Source: Cyanidioschyzon merolae (taxonomy: Eukaryota). Taken from it: a stretch of 64,000 nt of DNA. The DNA lies in NCBI GenBank assembly GCA_000091205.1, contig AP006496.2, one strand, 5' to 3'. Below are positions 41,687 through 51,338 of this stretch, piece by piece (within the stretch, counting starts at the first letter, position 1; the number at the start of each line of letters is the position of its first letter). The position numbers were made by a program, and so were the translations under genes. The notes beneath the pieces were generated by a model, which did not search any database, had not been told where the DNA came from, and saw only the letters and a program-made list of their open reading frames with translations.

Positions 41687-43211
41687 AAAGTTTACAACAA
41701 TCGTCCGGAAATCATGGCACTGCGTCGGAGAAAGCTCAAATCCAGTTGAAAGACAAAACGGTTGTCGACGAATGCCGCTGGCGCCGCTGGCGAACGCTGC
41801 TGGTGCTCTTGTAAATCTGGGGTTTTGTAGCTGCAGTCTATGCTGTGGCGCTTGACTCGGGTGGATCTTTTCTTGTGAAGATGTTGTGTCTGTATTTATA
41901 AGTGAGCAGGTTACAGCAACTCTGGCCTAGAGCAGGTTTTTTTGTATGTTTGATCTCTGCTAGACAGCGTTCTTTCTGTGCAGGTATTTTGTCTGTATGA
42001 CGGAGTGACTGGGCCACTGCACCTTTAAACTTGAACGTACTTTTGTGTGTGATCGCCACATGTAGAAATTTGTTTCTTTTGGTGTCGAGGCCCTGAAGTT
42101 CACTTACTACGAACGATGCTCATAGACTTATCAATCTCGTAAAGCAGACTTTCGGGTCAAAGGTTGAGAACTGAGCAGGCATTGCATACGAATATTCAAT
42201 CTTGTGCTGAAGCCTTCCTGCTGCTTCTGGAAACATATCGCCCCCGCCTGAGTGTTCCGAAAAGGAAGCGAAACTTCTTTGGTCGTCATCGGCTAGAAGA
42301 CTGACAGCGATCAACAGCGTATTTGGTGTGGTATTCGCCCGCAATGCCGCTTTGACGCGCACCTGCACCATACGTTCACAGTGTCGGAGCAGCGCGTGCT
42401 GCGCGCTCAGCAGGCGCATACGAAGCTGCGGGTAGTCGTCTGAGAAGCGATCCCATGACCTGCGGTACTGGAGGCAACTGGCCTAATGCACATCCGGAGG
42501 AACCGCAGCAGGCCAGATGCAGGGGATCGTAGCCGCTTCGAGCGCATCAACACTCCATCTAGCTGCGAGATTAGAGAGCGCATTGTTGACAGATGCGCTC
42601 AGGGTCATTGACGAGCAGAAAACCGCAGTTTAAAAACATTGAATCCCACTTGTGATCCTGGGGTGCACCCAAAACATGATGCTATGGCCATTAACTTGTA
42701 TGCAATACGGCGATCTTCGCCCTCGCGCGTTACTGCAGAGGCGACAGGGAAAGATCGCCTCGCAGGCGTCACCGCCTGCGAGGCGATCGACTGCATCGCA
42801 AATGGCTCGCCATGAACCTGTTTCCGGTATACGGTTGGCGGTACGCAGAGGGTCTCGATCAGATTGAAGCTCGTTCTCCAGGCTGACGACAGCAAACGCA
42901 CATTCAGGGCATTCTCGTTAGGTTCATCGATGTTACATGATCAAACAGTAAACCTGAAGTTCCGGTGGTGGCCAGCTGCCTGTATCCACGCCACGTCTGA
43001 GCTCAGCGTCGCTGGGGCTGTTCAGTCTGCAGACGCATTAGCAGGTATCCCGCTAATCGTTTGCGATTCGTTCCATAAGATCCAGGCGCACCAGATCCTA
43101 TGCTTCGGTACTGGGGGAGGGTAGTGTGCCAACCTGAGAAAGCCCCGTGAGCGCTCGTTGCGGAGGCTGCCGGTCACGTGCGAGCCTGCCGTTTCGCACG
43201 CGGGTGCGGTA

Positions 43212-44498
43212 TCATTGCCGCTTTAGCGAGTGGCGCTTTCCAGCGAACCTTTCAGTTGGAGCAAAGTTCTGCCTGTAAGCGTATAACGCTCCCACCGCCG
43301 CCCACGACCAGAGCAGACAGAAAAGCAGGAGACGCCATCGACGCGGGCGTTGTTGCTGATGCGGTTGTGGCCCCGAAGGCGATTCTGCGGCTTGGTTCTT
43401 TTTCGATGCTTTCGGAGGCTGCCCGATACTGAAGGACGGTTCGTCCATTAAACGGGTATTTTCATCGATTTTTTCGCGTGGAATCGTCATCATCGGCTCC
43501 TGGCTCCATGCTGAAGTAGGCGAGAGGCGCTGTCCAAAACGACTCAAAGCCCTCCATTCCTCTTCGCTCACCAGACCATGGAGTTCGCTATCAAGTGAAG
43601 CGTCGCCTTCGCCATTTGAATTGTTTGCTGGGGCGATCCTCAGTTGCAACCAGGAAGTGTAGAGACGTTCGATGCGCAGGTCGCCTACATTTTTAACATA
43701 TTGAGGCCACGGCGTCACGGGCACACCTGGAGTCAGAGAGAGACTGATTGGCGGCTCTGGTATGGCATCGTCTGGTGCGCTCCTGCAGGGCTCCTCAGGG
43801 CGCTCTCGAACGGCGGTGTTGGATTCAAGTTTCAGGAGCTGCATGGTGCTCCGGCTCCAGCACGCGTCCGCCGCGGTGACCGTCATCGCTTCGGCCTCGG
43901 GAAGGTCCGCCCATTGATAAGCAAGATCGTCGCCCCACAGTACCTCTGAGCTGTCAATAGTCATTTCGCCACGCCAGATATCGGTTGCGGACCACTGCAA
44001 GACGCAGACACTCTCGCAGCACTTTACCACTACGAAGCGTCCAAAAGCTGTATGAACCTTCAAAGCGAAGCGAACACGTACGATCGTATCGTCGAAACTG
44101 TATACAGGTACTTGCGGAGCTGCGTGGGGCTCAGTGTTATCTCCGAGCACGGCAACCAGCCACCGCACGGGTACAGTTCGCTCAAGGCGGCAACTCTGGC
44201 GATCCTGGTAACCATAGCAGTAGGAAAGCCGCCCATGGTGCGGGTAGCCCCAGAGCGTCTCAGCTGTGAGCGCACCCTCTGAGGCGTCAGCTGCTCGCAC
44301 ACAAGTCTGCGGCTGCTCGTCTGGTGAAGCACGCTCACTCCGCTGGAGTAGCACGCTTACGTCCCCACCTTCGCAGCTGGCGACTGGCCGTGGTACCAGA
44401 AATCGCAACCGAACTTGCATGATGCAGCCACTAGCTGCACTAGTTGAGCCGTTTTTCAAGACTCGCTGCTCAAGTCGAAAGTGACACCGGCCACACAC
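43212..44498 (-). CDS. hypothetical protein (428 aa) with a single C-terminal transmembrane helix (tail-anchor-like). Family not recognised
   Basis: The long ORF has balanced composition. A C-terminal RWRLLLFCLLWSWAAVGALYAY hydrophobic helix is followed by a short basic tail. The internal region is Trp/Tyr-rich and beta-like. Confidence 0.4.
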   Translation of the reverse strand: MCGRCHFRLEQRVLKNGSTSAASGCIMQVRLRFLVPRPVASCEGGDVSVLLQRSERASPDEQPQTCVRAADASEGALTAETLWGYPHHGRLSYCYGYQDRQSCRLERTVPVRWLVAVLGDNTEPHAAPQVPVYSFDDTIVRVRFALKVHTAFGRFVVVKCCESVCVLQWSATDIWRGEMTIDSSEVLWGDDLAYQWADLPEAEAMTVTAADACWSRSTMQLLKLESNTAVRERPEEPCRSAPDDAIPEPPISLSLTPGVPVTPWPQYVKNVGDLRIERLYTSWLQLRIAPANNSNGEGDASLDSELHGLVSEEEWRALSRFGQRLSPTSAWSQEPMMTIPREKIDENTRLMDEPSFSIGQPPKASKKNQAAESPSGPQPHQQQRPRRWRLLLFCLLWSWAAVGALYAYRQNFAPTERFAGKRHSLKRQ

Positions 44499-44568
44499 AC
44501 CAACAACGCCGTTCTACGTCGACCGACGTCAGTGTACAGTAGTGGCGAGAAACTCGCCCTGGCCAAGA

Positions 44569-47400
44569 AGTCTGCAACTGACGTGCAGACGCCTCCCTGT
44601 CTTTCTGGGCCGGCCACCGACTACATCTTACATATTCTTCTCATATAGTTCCACTTTGAGAGGTTGTCCAACAAAGTTCGTTCTTGGCGTCTCTGGAGGT
44701 CTCTTCTCCAGCACCGCACATCTCCATATATTTAATGGCGGCATTAAAATCTCGGTTCACGACTTCCATCCGTTTCTTGCCATTGATTGTACTCACTAGT
44801 TTAAGTAGCCCTCACACTTTTGCCCTCCTTTCCATTTGCTCTTCCGTCAGCGGTCCGTACTTTGCTATTTCCTCAGGACTCCGCTGCCACTTTTCCATCT
44901 CCACTCTCTGAAGTGTACTACCCAGGTCATGGTGTGTATACGACGTTCGAAACTCATCTACAGGTATCATAACAAAATGCCGTGCAAACTCCTTGTACGC
45001 CCTCGTCGTTGGAGCTGGCGTGGTCCCATTTTTCGACGCCGAACGCCCTGCCCCATAAGCCGCAACCAGCCTTTGACTTTCATCCTCCTTCAAGTCGCTC
45101 AAATGATTGGAAAAGTTGGCAAATGCCCGCTGCTTCCCACAATACAAATTCATACACAAAACGGGTCCACTGGAGCTTGGTATATTCATTCCACAGCGCA
45201 TCCCAATGAGCAATGCGAACTTCCATGAATTTCCGAAAAGCTTGAAAGTCCGCTCTGCGGCTCGTCACCTCGCCCATAGCTTCCAGGTGATCCATCATTC
45301 CTGCATTCCATGCAGCAATTTTCTTCCTCGCATTCATTATACCGACTTCTCGATAGAATCTTGCTCTTGAGAACCTCAACAGACGCATGGCTTTCTGACG
45401 TAATTTACCATCAGCACCATCTTCCACACGCTTGGGTACCGCAATGGTGATGACATTCGTATTCCCAGGGTCCGCGTCAACGACAGAGTCGCTCTCATGC
45501 ACTTTCTGTTCCGAAAGACCCGCCTCCTTCTCATCTTCTTGCTTCGCCACGGGCGAAGCCGAGGTCGGAAATGGCCGATCTGTCTTCAAACGCCGATAGT
45601 GTACACACATGGCTACTCCATCAGTTTCGCTCATCCCAGTGAATACATTTTGCTTGCTCACTTTGAGACGTTTGAAATCAAAGATATTCTTCCAGCACGT
45701 CTCCCGGTTCTCGCCGGTGAACTCTGTCATCCTTACATTGAACTCCGGACAGGTTTCTCTCATTATGCTGTACAGGACTCTGGAGTCGATTGGCATAAAA
45801 TGCGACTTGATCTCGCACCTCGGAACGACGTTGAAGCACTTCCCCATCCGGGCAGCTATCCGTTCCAACAACGCTTCATTTTCCCCACTCAGCTGCCTTT
45901 CGGCCTTGCGTTCGAGTTCCCGGTCCAAAAACACAAAATAGCGCAGGAAGAACGGATAACATTTTTCTTATCTTTTTTCGTAGCTGATACCTTTTCCGCT
46001 GTATTCGCCAGCCCCAAGACTGCACGGCGCTCTTGAACAGCGGCACAGATCACAGAAGCTTCATTCTTTCTCCTGCGTAATGTCCTCTTGTCGAAGAATT
46101 CGATCTCCCGTTCATGGAAGCGATCGTTCTTGATGCCATTGATGATGGCCCATATCCCTTTGCGAGATAGGCCCGGGCAGAGTGCAATCACGGCGCTTAT
46201 CATGAAACGTTCGAGATTCAAAGTCAAATGTTCGTTCAGGTTCTTGACGCACTTGATCGCCCCCTATGCGCAAATATCCGTGTTATACTTCTAGCGAGTA
46301 CCGTTGAGGCGGTAGTTGGGGTATTTTTCGTGGAGGGCATGCGCTCGATCGTTTCTCCTCGACGTTTCCCCAGTGCCGAACATCAAGTGACGAATAAAGG
46401 ACTTGTTGAAAAACTCTCCCAGAACGCCGACTATTTTGACGTCCTTCATATCGCGATACATCTTCCTCACCAAATGCATCAGTGCTAAAGAAGCGATGTG
46501 AACACTCATGGGGTAAGACTCGACACGGTTTCTCATCGCTTCTCGCAACTTTTGCTGGCAGGGATCCTTGATATGGCCGAGAAGACAGGATTTCACCACC
46601 ATAACGTCGTATGATCGTCTTTCTTGCAACCTGTGACGTAGGGCCTCCTGCCATGGCTTCTCCGCCTTGTCTCGTTCCTCTTTGCTTGGCTCTGTTTTTC
46701 GTTTCTTTCCGCCAGCCAGCGTTACTGGCGCTTCAGGATCCTCCATTTCCATTTCCATAACTTATCTTCTCTTTATTTTTGAAGACGAACGCACATGGAA
46801 GGGTTTTGCTGTAAACCGCGAAAAATCAATTGAATTAACTTACTTGAGGGTTTAAACACGACTGAATTGAAAGACTATAGTTTGCTCTGACTTTTACGCA
46901 TATACAACTGGGCCGTTAGAACAACAAGTCAACGAGTGATCATGATAGCGTCGCTCTTCTCAACGGTAACATGCGCGTCGTGCTCGTGACTGCCAGATCA
47001 CGAGGTGCGCTGACCGACCGCACTATATACCACGATAAACAGAGACCAGCTACTAACTAGCACCGAGATAACAATTTCTTTGCCCTCTACGATAAACGCT
47101 GAACGGAGAAAAGGTTTCCATCTATCGAAAGTTTACCTTCAAGGCAGAGGGTCTTGGGATCAGGGTGTCTGCCGGGCTTGCGCTCCGTGCAACTCTGCAG
47201 TGGCGAGTGGCGTGACGCGACCTGAGCTGCTCGTCCCCAACGTAGTTTATTCTTGTAGAACGGGCAGATAGGCTGCGTCTGGGCGTCACACTGGTCACGC
47301 TGGACTCCTTGTAAATCGCTTCCCGCTGCCGCAGGCAGTACGCCTGTCTGCGCAACTTGCTGGTTCCCAGAGTGCTTATGAATCGCGACCCCGTGTCGAG
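44569..47400 (-). mobile_element. copy 2 of the repeat family (putative Fanzor/TnpB-like element). It is the most intact copy and retains the D-A-D-P-G-N box
   Basis: The 3' terminus (on + coordinates 44569-44800) tctgcaactgacgtgcagacgcctccctgtctttct...ttccactttgagaggttgtccaacaaa matches 51339-51470 and the reverse complement of 24250-24361. The 5' box lies at 46780-46880. The 5' flank to about 47400 matches 53600-54090. Confidence 0.6.
44812..46758 (-). pseudogene. ORF of repeat copy 2, split into four frame-shifted pieces (46291..46758, 45889..46227, 45080..45934, 44812..45213). It is a putative TnpB/Fanzor-like RuvC nuclease with a degenerate zinc finger
   Basis: The N-terminal basic stretch GGKKRKTEPSKEERDK looks like an [25 protein letters not shown] is RuvC-I-like (compare TnpB vGIDlGiknlatlsdG). 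RLLRFSRARFYREVGIMNARKKIAAWNAGMMDHLEAM resembles the TnpB helical bundle (l.r..rkk.ks.nrkKar.kiaklh.kianqRkD). TTRAYKEFARHFVMIPVDEFRTSYTHHDLG aligns with TnpB l.YKAe..G..V..VdP.YTSQ.Cs.CG, but both Cys pairs are lost. Confidence 0.45.
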
Positions 47401-47843
47401 TGCACCACCCCTAGAGCCCACGCTCTCAATGGTATGGCAAAAACGTCCTGTCGCCGCGATGCATCGGCTCCAGTAAGATAGGCGGTATGCTGGGTACTTA
47501 CGATAGACACGCGGCTCACGATAGAACGTACAAAGCGACCACTACATCTGAGTACAGGTGATGGAACTTGAAGATAAGCCCATCATGATGGACGCTTTCT
47601 CAATAGCCATTATCCATACATCCCAAAATCTGGAATGTATGGACCATGTAAACGTTTTGGTTTCGAAAACAAATCGGACACCAGAGCGACGCACGGCATC
47701 GAAGCGCTCACGTCAATTAAATAGCGAGCGCGAGGCGGTATCGGCCCTGGAACTTGTGGTAGCGGCAGCGCCAGCGTCAGAGGAGTTTCGTGGGATAGCT
47801 GCTTTGTGCTGCTTGGCCATGGCAATCCACAACTAACTCAGAT

Positions 47844-50800
47844 ATGTTGAATTGCAGTAGAGAGCTTGGAAGAGCGACTTTAGCGACTGTTTGGCAGAAG
47901 GGGCAAGTTTCGGGCTTGCGGGCGTGGTACGCACAGGTTACAGCTTGTGATGCTGCCGGGGGTTACCGCCTAGGAGGCAAACGTTTGATCACGCAGCTCA
48001 TCTCACCTGCCGATAGTGTGGGATCACGGAAAATGGGGGTACCGACGGCGGTTTCGGTGCAGAGACTGTCCTCGTCATGCGCTGGAGAAACGGGCACTGC
48101 TGCGAGCGAACGCAGCGCGAGCGTGCCGCGCTTCGATCCGTCTGTGCACATCGTGACGCGTCGGACTCGCGTCCGAGAGCAGCTGGACGCAATTTTCAAA
48201 CCACGAGCTGTGGCAGTGATTGGTGCGACGGAAAAGCCCGGCTCCGTCGGTCGCAATATTTTCCAGAACCTGCTCTCGCCTTTCGGCGGTGCCGTGTACC
48301 CTGTGAATCCCAAACGAAGCCACATTTTGGGTATACGCGCATATCCGAATGTGTCGTCAATTCCGGAGCCAATAGATCTCGCTGTTATCACGACACCCGC
48401 GAGAACAGTGCCGTCGATTATGCACGAACTCGCTGACAACCGCGTTCCAGGCTGTGTGATTATTTCGGCGGGTTTCGCCGAGGCGCAGGTTGGTGGCGAG
48501 GGTCGAAAGCTTCTCGATGAGACACTCGCAGAGGCTCGGCGTGGAGGCACGCGTATCATCGGACCAAACTGTTTGGGTATCCTCAATATCTCGACAGGGA
48601 TGAATGCGTCGTTTGGTGCACGGGCAGAGTACGTTAAAGGCGATGTGGCTCTGCTGAGTCAGAGCGGAGCTTTGGTCTGCTCGCTTCTCGACTGGGCACT
48701 GAAGGAACGATTTGGTTTCAGCAAAGTTGCATCGTTAGGAACGATGTGCGACGTCGACTGGGCGGATATGATTCGGTATATCGGTGAGGATACGCATTCG
48801 AGGTCGATTGTTGCCTACGTTGAATCGATTGGGAATGTTCGCGCCTTCATCTCGGCTGCTCGAGAGGTTGCAACCACGAAGCCAATTGTGGTGATTAAAG
48901 CTGGACGCACGCCCGCTGCGGCTGCGGCAGCAGCGTCACACACCGGCAACCTTACTGGGTCGGACGAAGTGATTGGGGAGGTCTTGCGCCGTGCCGGAGT
49001 GCTGCGCGTGGATCGAATCGATGATCTCTTCCTCACTGCAAGAGTGCTGGCGCAGCAACCTCGACCTCGCGGAAAAAATCTTACGATCATAACGAATGCG
49101 GGAGGGCCGGGGATCCTAGCGGCAGATGAGTTGGTTTCGGGTGGTGGTGCGCTCACCGAGCTCTCATCAGAAACCATGGATGCACTGGACAAGGTGCTCC
49201 CGGCAGCCTGGTCGCATGCGAACCCGGTTGATATCATTGGAGATGCGACACCAGAAACGTATGCGAAGGCGCTTGAGATCTGCTCCAAGGATGTGAACAC
49301 GGACGGCACGCTTGTGATTCTGACGCCGCAGGTCATGACCGATGCTACTGCAACCGCAGATATTCTGGTACGCGCGGCAGCCACAGCGCGTGCCGAGGAC
49401 AAACCAGTGCTTGCGAGCTGGATGGGGGGCATTGATGTTTTAGCGGGCCAGGAAATTCTGAAACGCAACGAGATCCCCAACTTCGCGTTCGCGGACGTGG
49501 CTGTTCGCATTTGGAACTATCTTCATCGTTACAATTCGATTCTCGAGAGCCTCTACGAGGTACCAGAGGGCCCCTCAACCCGTGTTGCAGGGATGCGCCA
49601 GATTAAGCGTTCTGCAGAAGAAATGCTCGAGCAAGCACGCCAAGCAGGGCGAATCGTGCTGAACGAGTACGAGAGCAAGAGACTTCTCAGCATGTACGAA
49701 ATTCCAGTTTTGGAGGCGAAGCTAGCGCATTCGGAGGATGAAGCCGTTGAGATCGCGAAACGTATTGGTTTTCCGGTCGTAGCCAAGCTGTTGAGCCACA
49801 CGATCACACACAAGACCGACGTTGGTGGCGTGAAGGTGAATCTCCACACACCGGATCAAGTTGTCGAAGCCTTCCATTCGATTCGCGAGAGCGTCACCAA
49901 GCTCCGCGGCGCAGAACACTTCCAGGGCGTTATTCTGGAACGAATGATCGATCTTCGCCCCGGAGGATACGAGGTCTTGTTGGGGAGTACACTCGACCCG
50001 CAAGCAGGACCTATTGTGGCGTTTGGCACCGGTGGAACCCTTGTGGAAGTCTACAGGGACGTCAGTCTCGGCATACCGCCGCTGAACTCTGCGCTCGCGC
50101 GTCAAATGATGGAACGAACTCGCATTTACAATGCACTGAAGGGCGTGCGGGGCCATGACCCGGCTGATCTTGAGCAGCTGCAAACAGTGGTATCTCGCTT
50201 CTCTCGAATGGTGTGCGAACAACGCCTTATCAAAGAGTGTGATATCAATCCGCTGTTTGTGACTCCACGCGGTATTGTGGCAATTGATGCCCGTGTCGTC
50301 TTGCATGACCCGCACGTGTCACTGGATACTGTACCGCAGCCGGCCATCCGCCCGTACCCCTCGGAGTATGTCAGCCCCTGGAGCGGCGACAGTATGGGGA
50401 ACCTCCCGGTGGTGATTCGGCCCATCCATCCCTCGGATACACCAAAGCTTTTAGAGTTCTGGGACGCTCTGTCAACAACAGGCACTGGTTATTTAGTGCC
50501 ACAAGTCGTTGCCGCAGCGCCCACTCGTGACGTGAACCTACGGGATCGATGGCTGCGCAATCGTTTGCTTCGCATAGCCTTTTGCGACTTTAACTCGGAA
50601 ATGGTGATCATCGCCGAGGCCCGTGATGCCGAAGGGAGCGCTGCAATCCACGCTCTAGCCCAGCTGCGTTTGGAGCCGGAGCCGGACCCCGGTCATTTTG
50701 CGATTAACGTCTTGGACACGGACCGTGGGCACGGCCTCGGGACAGAGATGCTCCGCCGACTCATGGATATTGCGCGTCGCGAGGGCTTGACTCGAATATG

Positions 50801-50924
50801 GAGCGAGATCGCACCGGAGAATCGGGCTATGCAGCGCATTTGTGAGAAACTCGGTTTCCAGCTGGGACCATTACCAGACCAGGAGAATGGCAATATTCTC
50901 GCCGAGTACGTTTTGAGCGCGTGA
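47844..50924 (+). CDS. Pat-like fusion of an NDP-forming acyl-CoA synthetase (CoA-binding, CoA-ligase and ATP-grasp domains) with a C-terminal GNAT acetyltransferase, the architecture of bacterial protein lysine acetyltransferase Pat/YfiQ. The first 100 aa or so may be a leader or not translated
   Basis: IFKPRAVAVIGATEKPGSVGRNIFQNLL.PFGG.VYPVNPK is the CoA-binding Rossmann domain of succinyl-CoA-synthetase type. Next come ...GPNCLGI.N...G.NASF and the ATP-grasp block YESKRLLSMYEIPV...FPVVAKL.S..I.HKTDVGGVKVNL. The C-terminal GNAT has RGHGLGTEMLRRLMDIARREGLTRIWSEIAPENRAMQRICEKLGF. Confidence 0.85.
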   Translation: MLNCSRELGRATLATVWQKGQVSGLRAWYAQVTACDAAGGYRLGGKRLITQLISPADSVGSRKMGVPTAVSVQRLSSSCAGETGTAASERSASVPRFDPSVHIVTRRTRVREQLDAIFKPRAVAVIGATEKPGSVGRNIFQNLLSPFGGAVYPVNPKRSHILGIRAYPNVSSIPEPIDLAVITTPARTVPSIMHELADNRVPGCVIISAGFAEAQVGGEGRKLLDETLAEARRGGTRIIGPNCLGILNISTGMNASFGARAEYVKGDVALLSQSGALVCSLLDWALKERFGFSKVASLGTMCDVDWADMIRYIGEDTHSRSIVAYVESIGNVRAFISAAREVATTKPIVVIKAGRTPAAAAAAASHTGNLTGSDEVIGEVLRRAGVLRVDRIDDLFLTARVLAQQPRPRGKNLTIITNAGGPGILAADELVSGGGALTELSSETMDALDKVLPAAWSHANPVDIIGDATPETYAKALEICSKDVNTDGTLVILTPQVMTDATATADILVRAAATARAEDKPVLASWMGGIDVLAGQEILKRNEIPNFAFADVAVRIWNYLHRYNSILESLYEVPEGPSTRVAGMRQIKRSAEEMLEQARQAGRIVLNEYESKRLLSMYEIPVLEAKLAHSEDEAVEIAKRIGFPVVAKLLSHTITHKTDVGGVKVNLHTPDQVVEAFHSIRESVTKLRGAEHFQGVILERMIDLRPGGYEVLLGSTLDPQAGPIVAFGTGGTLVEVYRDVSLGIPPLNSALARQMMERTRIYNALKGVRGHDPADLEQLQTVVSRFSRMVCEQRLIKECDINPLFVTPRGIVAIDARVVLHDPHVSLDTVPQPAIRPYPSEYVSPWSGDSMGNLPVVIRPIHPSDTPKLLEFWDALSTTGTGYLVPQVVAAAPTRDVNLRDRWLRNRLLRIAFCDFNSEMVIIAEARDAEGSAAIHALAQLRLEPEPDPGHFAINVLDTDRGHGLGTEMLRRLMDIARREGLTRIWSEIAPENRAMQRICEKLGFQLGPLPDQENGNILAEYVLSA

Positions 50925-51338
50925 AGGTTTTGTCGGAGGTGCTTGCTCGTGTCCAGCTTTTTACTGCGAAGCGTGTGCGGAGTATCGGGCTCGAGCGACT
51001 GCCTGAAGGGGGGAGGGGGGTGACGAAGCCGAACGGGGAAAGCGTATAACGTTTGATGCAGTTTTATAGGAAGGACGGTTTAAAGCATGTTTTGCTTCGC
51101 GACGCTTTTACAATACGACTTGATTGCGCGCTTCGAATAGCCTGCCGCGTACTGGAAAGATCGCTGTGGTACGCGTAAATCCATTACAAACTTTTGAGCT
51201 GGTGCTGCCTGAGTATTCAGATTATGCTGGGGAAAGATCTGTCAATGGTCTTGCCTCATCGCTTTTTATCCAACTTCGGTGCGACCTTCGCAGCGGTGTA
51301 CAGTGGTAGCGGTGAACGCGTCCTAGACATGACGTCTC

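Noticed and set aside
44812-45213. Possibility that the VDEFRTS-containing piece is an intact IS605 TnpB zinc-ribbon
   Set aside because: The CxxC...CxxC cysteines are absent (YTHHDLG). It is therefore described as degenerate TnpB-like, not as a functional nuclease
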